Shown here one piece after another: positions 44,245-54,037 of a DNA stretch of 64,000 nucleotides. This DNA is from an uncultured virus (IMG/VR IMGVR_UViG_3300031839_001922). Its lineage: Duplodnaviria > Heunggongvirae > Uroviricota > Caudoviricetes. Both the position numbers and the translations under genes were made by a program. Below the pieces are notes generated by a model that saw only the letters and a list, made by a program, of their open reading frames with translations, had not been told where the DNA came from and made no database searches. The stretch is from the IMG/VR virus record IMGVR_UViG_3300031839_001922, one strand, 5' to 3'. How positions within the stretch are numbered: the first letter of the stretch is position 1; every line of letters begins with the position of its first letter.

Positions 44245-45288
44245 CTAGTAGTCTAGTCTAACTCGCAACGTCAGCTCAGTATTTGGATCCTTTCTAATTG
44301 GCTCTGACAGCTTAGCAACTGCCAACAGCTCATTGTCTGGCGAGTACAAACCAACACTGGTTATATAGCTTACTGGAAGGTCGTTCACATTGTTTTTAAC
44401 AACTAATTTACTGCCCGTTATATACGTTGGGTTTGCGCTGTAATTAAACTCGTTATGATTAATTCTACAGAAATAAACAGCAGAATTAAGCTCGATAGTG
44501 TTATTGAAGTCGACATCATCTATCATGTGTCTGAAGCTATCAGCTAGTGTGTCAATTGTCGAGCCAGTTTGAGCCGCGTTAATTGCTGCGCCAGAAGACA
44601 AAGCGTGTGTGTTGTCTGCCGGAGTGCCGAACTGTTCTGTAAATATTGAAGAAGTTAAAACTAGTACACCGGCTTGGTAAAATATCAACCCTACTGAACT
44701 TTCGTTGTCAGCTGTCGAAGACGTAACTACAAGACCATAATCGCCAGCTGGCGATGTCCTAAATTCGTTAGCGGAAAGAAAATCACCAAACGTTTTTCTA
44801 GTCTCTCGGCCGGCACCAGTATTCGATATGACGCCTGAAGTGTGGAGTGATAGTCTAAAAGAATTCTTTTTAATTTCGTCCTTAGTCAACAGCCTCGTAA
44901 AATTCATGAAGAAGCAATGATTCATTATGTTGGTGCTGTCGTCTAGTGTGCCGTCAGAATCAAACTTTCTGATATTTCCACTAACATCATAACCCATAAG
45001 AACCTGGGCCATTTGATTATAAATATTTAACTTTTTAGCGTTTTGTGTGTTAGCGGCGCCGCTAACATTTGAGCTGCATCCGTAGGTAATATCAAAAATA
45101 TGATTTGCAGACGAGCTTAAATATGGATAGTCGTAGACTGACTCAAACATGCCATGAGAGAACTTCTTAATATTGTTGTCCGAATAGGTGCCAGAGACGA
45201 TCGTCCCAGTAATTGGAATCGCCTCGTGCAATAAAGTCCTTGTATTTGTAACGTCGTCTCCGAGTAGTGATTTAAATGTCTTTGCCAT
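44245..45288 (-). CDS. virion structural protein (baseplate/fibre-attachment family)
   Basis: C-terminal FNYSANPT...YITSVGLY...LLAVAKLSEPIRK...RLDY. Confidence 0.65.
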   Translation of the reverse strand: MAKTFKSLLGDDVTNTRTLLHEAIPITGTIVSGTYSDNNIKKFSHGMFESVYDYPYLSSSANHIFDITYGCSSNVSGAANTQNAKKLNIYNQMAQVLMGYDVSGNIRKFDSDGTLDDSTNIMNHCFFMNFTRLLTKDEIKKNSFRLSLHTSGVISNTGAGRETRKTFGDFLSANEFRTSPAGDYGLVVTSSTADNESSVGLIFYQAGVLVLTSSIFTEQFGTPADNTHALSSGAAINAAQTGSTIDTLADSFRHMIDDVDFNNTIELNSAVYFCRINHNEFNYSANPTYITGSKLVVKNNVNDLPVSYITSVGLYSPDNELLAVAKLSEPIRKDPNTELTLRVRLDY

Positions 45289-45300
45289 GTTTTTTACCTT

Positions 45301-46428
45301 TTATGCAATCTTTACATAACGCACTGGAATATCTAGCCTGTAACCTGTGTTTGCCCCAACTACTCTAACGATACTATCAATATAGTGTATTGTTAAGCTG
45401 CTAGCACTTTGGCCATTGTAAAGCTGGTTGGCGTCAGCATCAAGCCCCAAAATATTGCCATCTGTGTTGGCAGCTTGTGAGCTTCCTAGCTGAGTGAACA
45501 AATATGTAGAGTTTTGCAAGTCTTGCGAAGCATGCAGCCTAAAATGCAGTGACTTACCTCTTGGGCCCTCGAACACCTGCGGGTTCAAACTGGTAAGATC
45601 GTTCTTTATCTTACTGCCGTTTCCATCCACAGCATCGGCTGGGGATGAATTTCCCTTGGGATTGATGTAGGTGTCGCTTGTTAAGTAATACTGCGCAACG
45701 TTATCATCGTCAATAAAGTTAACGGCTTCTGCTACGTGATTTTCAGGGCCTTTTACCCTGCCTAGGCGGTAGTCCATCTCAACGATAAACGCGCTTTCTA
45801 AAAGGTCGGAGTCTAGACCAACAGAAGCAGCGATTTCGTTCGTGTCAAGGCCTTGGTCAACTCTTACAAGTTGTTTTTGATCATCTTGGTTATCGGCAAC
45901 TGTGTAACCCTGTAGCATGCCTGTCAAAGTTTTAGCTGCCTCGTCAGTAGTGCCAGAGCCTCTATAGTGGCTAACTATATCCCAAGTGTCTTTATCGACT
46001 GCAACATAGAATTTAGTATCTGCTACAGTGCTAGTTGTTGATGAACCACTAAGCGCTCTAGAAAAAAGCCCAGATGTGCCGGCCTGAATGTTGCCTCCAA
46101 TACCGCTGATGTTTTGGTCGACAATGTTGTTTAGCTTAAGAACAGGCATATATAAGATGTTAGTTCTAGAAATAGATATTAGCTTTGTTTTTTGGTTTGA
46201 AGTGTTGTTTGTAAAAGCCTCTAGCACCGGAGTTTGTAAAACCTCCAAATCATAGTAAGCACTGCCTGAAGAGTGGTTTTTGTTGTAGAGTGAATAGTTA
46301 ATCTCGTCGTCTCCAAGAGCAAACTTGGAGATCTTGAAACTACCATCTCCCTGCGCCAACCTTAATCTTCCGGTGTCGGTTAATACTGCATCCAGTATGA
46401 TGTCGCCTGAATTATCTAGGAATCCCAT
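45301..46428 (-). CDS. virion structural protein
   Basis: N-terminal DAVLTDTGRLRLAQG...KFALGDDEINY, related to the N-terminus of 53039-54037; late motif upstream. Confidence 0.65.
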   Translation of the reverse strand: MGFLDNSGDIILDAVLTDTGRLRLAQGDGSFKISKFALGDDEINYSLYNKNHSSGSAYYDLEVLQTPVLEAFTNNTSNQKTKLISISRTNILYMPVLKLNNIVDQNISGIGGNIQAGTSGLFSRALSGSSTTSTVADTKFYVAVDKDTWDIVSHYRGSGTTDEAAKTLTGMLQGYTVADNQDDQKQLVRVDQGLDTNEIAASVGLDSDLLESAFIVEMDYRLGRVKGPENHVAEAVNFIDDDNVAQYYLTSDTYINPKGNSSPADAVDGNGSKIKNDLTSLNPQVFEGPRGKSLHFRLHASQDLQNSTYLFTQLGSSQAANTDGNILGLDADANQLYNGQSASSLTIHYIDSIVRVVGANTGYRLDIPVRYVKIA

Positions 46429-46445
46429 TTTTAGTCCTCGCCTTA

Positions 46446-46453
46446 TAAATAGT
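46446..46453 (-). promoter_or_regulatory. late promoter motif ACTATTTA
   Basis: Repeated intergenic motif. Confidence 0.65.
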
Positions 46454-46474
46454 CTTTAATTAATTAATGTTTCA

Positions 46475-49300
46475 TCAGTTTTTAATTTCTTTTTTGAATG
46501 AAAAATTGATGTCAATCTTTTTTCCGCTTCCCTTTGAAGTTAGTCGTAACTTGTATTTCTTCTTTGTTGTAGCATCTGAAAAAATGCTGTCTACGTTTTC
46601 GTCATCAGCAAAATATAGCTGCTGGATCGACGGTTTTAAATAAATATACTTTTGACAAGCTTTTGTATTTATTTTATTTTTTGGTGGAGTCATGTCAAAA
46701 AGACGTATAATTGGCTTAACAGCACCTTTTTCGTCTATTAGCTCAACCTCGTACACTGGACTGGGATTTGATATGTGGCCATGGCTGTCAATCGCCCTGA
46801 ACGTGTAATAATATTTAGTATTTGGCAATATAGCTTCTTCAAACACCTCGCCATTAACTTCTTCATATAAAGAAAAATCTCTGTATGTGCTTGGCTTTTC
46901 TGCAATTCTAAATATCTGGAATCTCTTGACCGGGTCGTCTGAACCAAACTCGACTTTGCCATCTTCTAGTGGATTGCCAAAATCGTCAACGACCAATTGG
47001 GCTCTCTTGATTCTATCAAATGCTTCCACATCGCTGTCTAAAATTATTGTAGGAACCTGTCTGTACCTATCGGATGCGCCAGTCATTAATATTTTTAATC
47101 TATTGTTAACAGCACGGTAGGGCAAAATGTTGATGTCTGGTACGACAGGGGGCTTGTCTAATATAAGAATTTCCGGTGTGGAGAATATCTTGTCCTCCAA
47201 TAATACTATCGAAGGCTCAACAATTGTGTTGAACAAAGCAGTGTACTGTATTAGGTTTTCTTCTAAATTTTCGTGTATACCGTTTTGATTTCCGATTGGG
47301 CCGTCCAGATCGACATATTCTACGGTTTGGACGCCCTCACTTGAAAGGGGTGGCACTACAACAGAACTTAAAGTTCTAGCTGCAGGCGTGTCTTCCGGTT
47401 GGCCCTGAGAGTCTAGCCACTGGTAGCGATATTTACTTCCAAACACAGCACGGTGAGCGTAAACGTGATACCGATATGTTGAATACGTTGCGTATTTTAG
47501 CTGTGTATCGACATATTTTACAATATCTAGCTCGGAAGTATTTGGAATTAATATGTTTTGTACAATGTCTTCTTGTCCGTTTGGCAGAATTCGTATTTTT
47601 TCAATTCTATAAAACAAATCTTCTGTATAGGCAGGGACGCCCTCTAAAATGTCGCTGTATGACCTTGCATTGTCTATATAAGTTTGCAAAATTTTTGCTT
47701 TGAAAGCAGAGCCGAAAAGCTTTTTAAATATAACGTTTTCATCGCTGTCTAGATTTATGGGTTCTGTTGATCCGTCTCTAAACATTGACATGTAGTTTCT
47801 TAAGTCACCATCAGAAAAATCTGCCGTTGCAAATGGCTGCTGCTCACCGTTGTAGACGCCGTTTTCTTCTGTTTGCCATCTGTCTAGCGTCTGTGCAATG
47901 CCAACAAACTTAAGCTCCTTTGTGGATAGATTAGAGTTAGCAATTGAATCGTCTTCCGAAGTTGACAAGTCTCCTAAATCAGTATCTTGAGAAAAAATAA
48001 CGAAATCTTGTGCATCTAAAATTTTCCAAGCGTCCGAGTAACTTCCAATTGAACTTGGCGGTGTCACTGTATTTAGAATAACCTCGGACATAAATTTTGT
48101 CAAGAACATCTTCTTCATTGTGTCCCCGAGTTCAGTATCTAGCTTTGCAGTGAATTCTAGTTCTGCATAGAAAGGAAAGTGCTTTTTGTACTGATCTACT
48201 TTGTTCAAAAGTTTTAATACTCTTGGCGAAAAGACCAGATTAGTCATAGACTTTTCCAACACAACTTGGTCGATAGAGGGCCCGCTTGGGGGCATCTGCG
48301 CCACATATTCATTGAAATAATCAGCGAATAAAGAGTCCGCATCAAACTTGTCAAAGCTTAAAGAAATAATTTTCTCCAAAATCTTACTATGCTGTTGCGG
48401 CTTGTTCGGTGGCCAGTTGCCCATATAGCCAAACAGCGTAACTAGGGCTTCAAGCGGGTACTTTTTTAACAAATTTGTATAAACACTTTGTTGCTCCGCT
48501 GAACCGGGGGTTGCATTAAACCCAGAGTATTTTTGCATTTCTTCTACAATAGGAAATAACGAAAATAGACCTTCTTGATTTAGTTTGTTGTTTGTAAACA
48601 GCTTTAAAAATCCATACATGCTAGGTAAAGAGTTTTGGACTGGGTTGGGCCCACCAGATAGAACTCCAGTTGCTTTTTCAAAATTGCTACTGTCTAGTCT
48701 TTCGTTGTAGTATGTTTTATAGTTTGCAAAAAAAGCTTTTCCAGTAGGCTGCTTGCTGTTTAGCTGTGCCGGGGTAAACGGGTTGATCGACTCGTGGTAA
48801 TGGTCTGTAAAATCTTGATTTACTTTGACAATAGGGCTGTAAGTTGCGTCAGTTTGCTGGTCGACAACTCCGGTTTTTGTATAGTAAATCCACCTTTTTA
48901 GTCTTTCTGCCGGGTAGTTATCGTCGATATTGTCGGTGGTAGCAGAAAATACAATTTTATATTTTTCTCGAACACTCTGGTCTTCCAGAGACATCTCGTC
49001 ATTAGGCTGCGTGTCCGGAGGGCAGATCTCATAGTTTAGTGAGCGATCTCTGAAAACTTTTGGTGCAGTCCAATTATTAGAAAAAGCCAACTTTCCATTC
49101 TCGGATTCTCTAAAATCCCAATTTTTTCCTAAAACAACGCGCACTTTATCGCCAACGTGGTTAAAATAAACTGCATCATTTATTGTCTCTTGTGTGATTA
49201 TAGACAACTTATCATTTTCGTCTCTAGGCGCAGCAAAATAAGCGTCAGAGTCGACGACAAATTTTTTCTTTCCTACTAATTCTGGTTGTTTTTCTGCCAT
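46475..49300 (-). CDS. large virion protein with FN3/Ig-like C-terminal segments
   Basis: YVDTQLKY...YRYHVYA and ILPNTKYYYTFRAID...SNPS resemble FN3 strands. Confidence 0.6.
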   Translation of the reverse strand: MAEKQPELVGKKKFVVDSDAYFAAPRDENDKLSIITQETINDAVYFNHVGDKVRVVLGKNWDFRESENGKLAFSNNWTAPKVFRDRSLNYEICPPDTQPNDEMSLEDQSVREKYKIVFSATTDNIDDNYPAERLKRWIYYTKTGVVDQQTDATYSPIVKVNQDFTDHYHESINPFTPAQLNSKQPTGKAFFANYKTYYNERLDSSNFEKATGVLSGGPNPVQNSLPSMYGFLKLFTNNKLNQEGLFSLFPIVEEMQKYSGFNATPGSAEQQSVYTNLLKKYPLEALVTLFGYMGNWPPNKPQQHSKILEKIISLSFDKFDADSLFADYFNEYVAQMPPSGPSIDQVVLEKSMTNLVFSPRVLKLLNKVDQYKKHFPFYAELEFTAKLDTELGDTMKKMFLTKFMSEVILNTVTPPSSIGSYSDAWKILDAQDFVIFSQDTDLGDLSTSEDDSIANSNLSTKELKFVGIAQTLDRWQTEENGVYNGEQQPFATADFSDGDLRNYMSMFRDGSTEPINLDSDENVIFKKLFGSAFKAKILQTYIDNARSYSDILEGVPAYTEDLFYRIEKIRILPNGQEDIVQNILIPNTSELDIVKYVDTQLKYATYSTYRYHVYAHRAVFGSKYRYQWLDSQGQPEDTPAARTLSSVVVPPLSSEGVQTVEYVDLDGPIGNQNGIHENLEENLIQYTALFNTIVEPSIVLLEDKIFSTPEILILDKPPVVPDINILPYRAVNNRLKILMTGASDRYRQVPTIILDSDVEAFDRIKRAQLVVDDFGNPLEDGKVEFGSDDPVKRFQIFRIAEKPSTYRDFSLYEEVNGEVFEEAILPNTKYYYTFRAIDSHGHISNPSPVYEVELIDEKGAVKPIIRLFDMTPPKNKINTKACQKYIYLKPSIQQLYFADDENVDSIFSDATTKKKYKLRLTSKGSGKKIDINFSFKKEIKN

Positions 49301-49314
49301 TTTAATCTCTTCTA

Positions 49315-49322
49315 TAACTAGT
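49315..49322 (-). promoter_or_regulatory. late promoter motif ACTAGTTA
   Basis: Repeated intergenic motif. Confidence 0.55.
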
Positions 49323-49331
49323 ATTTAGCTG

Positions 49332-52300
49332 TTAATAGCCTCCACCACTGGATCCTCCACCACTGGACCCTCCTCCGGCGCCGCCTGTTGGCGTAGAAAC
49401 TGGAAAGGTTGGGCCTGCGGGCTCTGATTCTGATTCTGACGTTTGCGTATTCGTGCTTTGCATGTTTTCTGCGCCAGCCCCCTGGAAGCCGCCACCAAAG
49501 TCAAAAGTCTGCCCAGTTGATTTTGCATACTCGTCCATTTTTTGTTCATTCTTTTCAGCCCAGAACGTGTTCTGTGCCACGTCATCTTGACTTGCAAATA
49601 AAGTCATCTGGTTTATCTGTTCAACTGCTGCAACGCCTGATATGGCTGCGCCGGGGGCCATCAAAAAATAGCTATCTAATATTGGAAGCCTTAAGTCTTT
49701 TGTAAGTCTTTCATCAAAATATGACATACGACAAAGCAACATTCCGTTTATATTATCTATGTCTTCTTTTGTTAGCAGCGACCAAGACTCTTGATCATAC
49801 TTGGCGTTGCCAGAGCTTCCTCTAAACACCTCTATTTTCATAGTTAAGTTTAGATTAAAGAAAAGATAGGTGTTATATGGCTCTGGATTATTAGAGATGG
49901 CACGCCATGGTAGTGTCGCTATTTCTTCATCGACAAAATTTTTATGATTATTTCTGATAAACGGAAGCTTAAAATTATTCGGTAGATTTGGAATAAATTT
50001 TATACCGGCGGCATCAAAAACGTCACCCTGCGTTATTAGATTTATGTTATAAGCTTTTAATTTTTTAGTTGCTAGCTTGTCGTTGTTACTAAAATTTTTG
50101 AAAAAAGTATTTGGCGCCACGTCGCCGTCGCTAAAATCTTGTATTTTATATTGGAACTGATAAAGACTTCCGATAGCTCCGAAAGGCGTGCTTACGATCG
50201 TTGCGCCAGCTTCTGGTATGTCAACAGAGACTGCTCCTGCCTCGCGTTCATTGCCCTCAGAGTCTTGAAAAAAACTGTCGTGTAAATCCACATCATGTGT
50301 CGTGATACCCAGTTTTTCGAAAAGTTCTTTGTATGTTTCTCTCAAGGTGTAGTCGCGACCGAGTTGCTCATAAGAGAACGGTGCGTCAAGTAAATCAGCG
50401 TTTTTTTCGTCCTCTTTGTTAAAGCTATAATTTAACAAAGCAACCAAAAGATTTTCAGCGCTCTCTGTATTAAAATCGTCTTGCATTGGCCGGTAAGAAA
50501 AATTATTACCTTGGACTCCGCTAGACAGTTCTATGACGGAAGGAGCAAGATAAGAATATCCAGTATCTGAAAGATATCTACTATCACTTTGTGCAGGTGG
50601 CTGGGCATTGTCTCCTTGGCCGGCTGATCCGATTTGAGAGTATGCGTCTATATTGTACTCTGACCCCTCTCCTTCTTGTGGCACAAGTGGCTTCAAAGAA
50701 TACTTTGCTACTTCTGCTCTGCATCTTTCCACAAAATCTCCGGCGTTGACAACTTTTAAGGCCTGCCCTGCTGCGGCAGAGGAAGGGCTGCCGTCTAAAG
50801 AAAGATAATCTGAATATATTCTTTTGTTGCTTATCGCCTCATAAAGCTCTGCAGGGTGATCAAAAGTGTGCTCCTCGTATATTGTATGGTTTGCTTGAGA
50901 GATGAAGTTTTGAAGAAGCGACGTGCTATTGTGTCCTCCAGAATATGCAGAACTTGTAAACCCACCAGAAGTTTTTTTAAGCTTGTTGATCTCCAATATA
51001 GCCTCTAGTTTTTTTACAAACAAAGAAATCAAGCCTAAAACGTTTTGTATGCCTTTTGGTGAGCCAGTTATGGGATCTAAAGAATTAGTTAAAGACAGTG
51101 AGTTTTCAAGCGCTATCATAAAATCAAGCTGTCCCTGAAAGATCTTCTGCACTTGTGAAACTAGCACAGGAACCGAAGTCCACGGTGTGGTTTCAGAAAA
51201 CAGTTCGTAAGCTTTCAAAGCAAACTGTTGATCGTAGCTGTTATTTTTGTAGTATCTTTTAAATCTGGCTTTTGTAAATTCTTTTGCTTGATTGCTAGAA
51301 GTATGGGTAAAGCCGGCACTTGCAGGGTCTGTATACGAAGAAACCGCTAAATCATAGTATTTTTCCAACAATATTTTTGAATTTGACAGCTCTTTATACA
51401 CTTCATATAAGAATTGATACGAGCCATCTTTAAAATTAACTTCTAGTCGGTATTGGTACATGCCCGCAGCTTTGCTGGCTACTTCATAATCAGCGAACAT
51501 AAAATATCTAATTTTGTTGTCATCGTCCGCAGATATGTTAATCGCTGTAAAAATAGAATCTTCTGTAATTTTTGCTGCAGCTGTTGAGCCATGCGGGCTA
51601 AGTGTTGCAACTAATTTAGACGGCTCTTCATAGGCCTCATCGTTTGCATAAACTTCTCTTGATTTACCAATGACGTATTCTTTGACCCTGTCTCTGTAGA
51701 TCTTTAGTTCTAGAAAACTAGATCTAGACAAAATTTCTATCAGGTATTCAGAAAGCCCGGGCGTATCTGGATACAGTTGCGAATTATTTTTTAGGAGTTC
51801 TTCCATGTTGATAAAAAATATGCCACGAGCGATGCCGTCGATGTCACGAGTTAGATAAAGTTTTGAATACTCCGAATCATTGTCTATTATAAACTCTCTT
51901 CTTTTTTCTTTTTGAAAAACAGCGCCCACCTGATCGAGCATTTTATCGAACGCGGTTTGCTCTGCTATGTTGGCTTGCTGCTGTGCGCTGGTGCCAATTA
52001 GTGAAACTTCTTCTAAATTTTTTCCTTTCGTAGTGCTGCGTAGGTCTAGCAATTTATTATTTGGAACTCTTGCTAGCTTTAGCTTTGGCTGGTCTTCGGC
52101 CGAATTGTGCTGTTCTCCTACCATCCAGCCCCTGTAATCAGAGGGGTTGTCTAGGTTGCTTAAGCCGCCATCCCCAACATAACCATCAGGTGCTGGGTTG
52201 TTTAGCCACTCTCTATCGCTGTGTACGTGTGCGGCGCCCTCCCAAACTTGACCATTTGGTAAAAAGAAGGCTTCGCGTTCTTGCTGAAGCTGGCCGGCCA

Positions 52301-53039
52301 TATAGACTACCTCGCTATTAACAGGGCCTTCTACAACAAATTCTTCAAAAAAAGAATCGCTCGGTAGAATTTCTACGCCAATGTCTAAAGAATTAGCCCA
52401 GTAGGGTACGTCTAAGAAGGTATAAAAAGCAAAACCTAAATTTTCATTTTGCTCGGGATCGTATATTGTTTTGTGCTGGAAAGGTATAACATAATATGGG
52501 CGTCCATTGACTATTTCTTCCCTTACTTTACCTTCCGCCTCGAAATTTAATAGTGCGTCTTTTGTGCCTATGTTGCCTATTATGCTTGAATTTGACACTT
52601 GCACAGGAGTTTTTATGGAACCCTCCTCCATATTAAACATGTTCTCCACATTTGGTCTTGGCCCTGTTAAGCCGCCTGTTCCGCCGCGCGGCAAATAGTT
52701 GTCTCCATAAACTATCTTTCCCCCATATAAAGAGCCGCGGCCGGGTCCGGAAAAGTTAAAAACGCCATGGCGAACAGCAGACGGCAATATACGTCGAACA
52801 TTGGCAAACGTTTTGTATTCGAGCACCTGAATAAACATAGCATCCAAAAAATTAGAGTTATTATCATCCAAAGAATTAAGCCAAGCAGAATCAAGAAGTC
52901 TTTTTTTATCTTGGTAAAGCTCTAGGTGTAGGGTGATGTCTAGCTTACCCTCGATAGAAGAGTCCTCTATCGTGGTTTTCTTACAATAGATGTAAGGTAG
53001 TAAGCCGCCGCCTGTAATGTTGTCTAATATAGCAGACAT
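49332..53039 (-). CDS. large putative virion protein (about 1235 aa)
   Basis: Long ORF; TAATG coupling to the upstream gene at 53039; Gly-rich C-terminus. Confidence 0.75.
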   Translation of the reverse strand: MSAILDNITGGGLLPYIYCKKTTIEDSSIEGKLDITLHLELYQDKKRLLDSAWLNSLDDNNSNFLDAMFIQVLEYKTFANVRRILPSAVRHGVFNFSGPGRGSLYGGKIVYGDNYLPRGGTGGLTGPRPNVENMFNMEEGSIKTPVQVSNSSIIGNIGTKDALLNFEAEGKVREEIVNGRPYYVIPFQHKTIYDPEQNENLGFAFYTFLDVPYWANSLDIGVEILPSDSFFEEFVVEGPVNSEVVYMAGQLQQEREAFFLPNGQVWEGAAHVHSDREWLNNPAPDGYVGDGGLSNLDNPSDYRGWMVGEQHNSAEDQPKLKLARVPNNKLLDLRSTTKGKNLEEVSLIGTSAQQQANIAEQTAFDKMLDQVGAVFQKEKRREFIIDNDSEYSKLYLTRDIDGIARGIFFINMEELLKNNSQLYPDTPGLSEYLIEILSRSSFLELKIYRDRVKEYVIGKSREVYANDEAYEEPSKLVATLSPHGSTAAAKITEDSIFTAINISADDDNKIRYFMFADYEVASKAAGMYQYRLEVNFKDGSYQFLYEVYKELSNSKILLEKYYDLAVSSYTDPASAGFTHTSSNQAKEFTKARFKRYYKNNSYDQQFALKAYELFSETTPWTSVPVLVSQVQKIFQGQLDFMIALENSLSLTNSLDPITGSPKGIQNVLGLISLFVKKLEAILEINKLKKTSGGFTSSAYSGGHNSTSLLQNFISQANHTIYEEHTFDHPAELYEAISNKRIYSDYLSLDGSPSSAAAGQALKVVNAGDFVERCRAEVAKYSLKPLVPQEGEGSEYNIDAYSQIGSAGQGDNAQPPAQSDSRYLSDTGYSYLAPSVIELSSGVQGNNFSYRPMQDDFNTESAENLLVALLNYSFNKEDEKNADLLDAPFSYEQLGRDYTLRETYKELFEKLGITTHDVDLHDSFFQDSEGNEREAGAVSVDIPEAGATIVSTPFGAIGSLYQFQYKIQDFSDGDVAPNTFFKNFSNNDKLATKKLKAYNINLITQGDVFDAAGIKFIPNLPNNFKLPFIRNNHKNFVDEEIATLPWRAISNNPEPYNTYLFFNLNLTMKIEVFRGSSGNAKYDQESWSLLTKEDIDNINGMLLCRMSYFDERLTKDLRLPILDSYFLMAPGAAISGVAAVEQINQMTLFASQDDVAQNTFWAEKNEQKMDEYAKSTGQTFDFGGGFQGAGAENMQSTNTQTSESESEPAGPTFPVSTPTGGAGGGSSGGGSSGGGY

Positions 53040-54037
53040 TAACAAATATCCCCTGGGTTGTCTGATTCGTCAGTATAAATATCAAATACTTTTCTTTTCT
53101 GTTCGTTTATGACATCTTGACAAAGTTTAGTTCTAGCATCAGCGTATACACCTTTTTTCTCGTTAATTGGGTCAAATTCACAAAGTATGTCATTACTTAT
53201 TTCATCGTCGGTTAGCAAATCAAAATAATATTCAACATGTGACACATCTTCTTCAGGAGTCGTATCTTCTATGAAATCTATTTCGGTGTCCAAGACTAAA
53301 TTTTTTGAAAACTCTAACTGCCTCAGTGTTTCGATTGTAGTAGTGCCTTGTAGTTCTTCTTCTATTTCAAATACCTCTATGTCGAAGTTTTCTTTTTGAA
53401 AAAGTCCATTGTTTTCAGAAATTTTTAAAACAACGTAAAGCTCGTTATCCGCGGACAGAATATTCACGTTAGAAACCAATCCATCATCTTCTAGTTCTTC
53501 TAGATCATTCAAAGCAGACGCGTCATTAGTGTTATACTGTACGTCTATGCTAACTATACTTTCGAGTTGAGGCACTAGCTGTAAATTGTTGCCGCCCGTT
53601 TTTTCTAAAATGTCCAAAGATTTTGAAGAGCCAGATAGTTCACCATTTAAAAATTGCACAGACCAAGAGGGCGCGTATTCAGAGTTCAAGTCACTTGTGC
53701 CTAAATAGTTTGGCAAAGCATAGCTCTTTTCTGCTGTTCGCTGGACGTCTTGCGAGAATGCGTTAGCTTCGCCTGAAACGATCTTATTATAATTGTTGTT
53801 AAACTCTTTTTCGAGTGACGATATTGATATTTGGTGGTGCATGGTTGGGGTGCTTTCTATCCTGGCCTCACTTTCTTTTTGAACCTCTGTTAGGCCAGTT
53901 TTTTGCACGTCATAAATTATATTATCATCGTGAAAAGAATAAAAAGCTGGCTTAAGCTTGCCTTTTGATAAAAGGTGACGCCCGAACTGTGTTAGTTTTA
54001 TATCAATTACTTCTTCTTTTTTATTAAAAAATTCCAT
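53039..54037 (-). CDS. virion structural protein
   Basis: IDIKLTQFGRHLLSKG...YSFHDDNIIYD, paralogous N-terminus to 45301-46428. Confidence 0.65.
   Translation of the reverse strand: MEFFNKKEEVIDIKLTQFGRHLLSKGKLKPAFYSFHDDNIIYDVQKTGLTEVQKESEARIESTPTMHHQISISSLEKEFNNNYNKIVSGEANAFSQDVQRTAEKSYALPNYLGTSDLNSEYAPSWSVQFLNGELSGSSKSLDILEKTGGNNLQLVPQLESIVSIDVQYNTNDASALNDLEELEDDGLVSNVNILSADNELYVVLKISENNGLFQKENFDIEVFEIEEELQGTTTIETLRQLEFSKNLVLDTEIDFIEDTTPEEDVSHVEYYFDLLTDDEISNDILCEFDPINEKKGVYADARTKLCQDVINEQKRKVFDIYTDESDNPGDIC

Noticed and set aside
46444..46451. T4 late promoter TATAAATA on the plus strand
   Set aside because: It points away from the coding strand; other copies fit minus-strand ACTANTTA with a variable centre.
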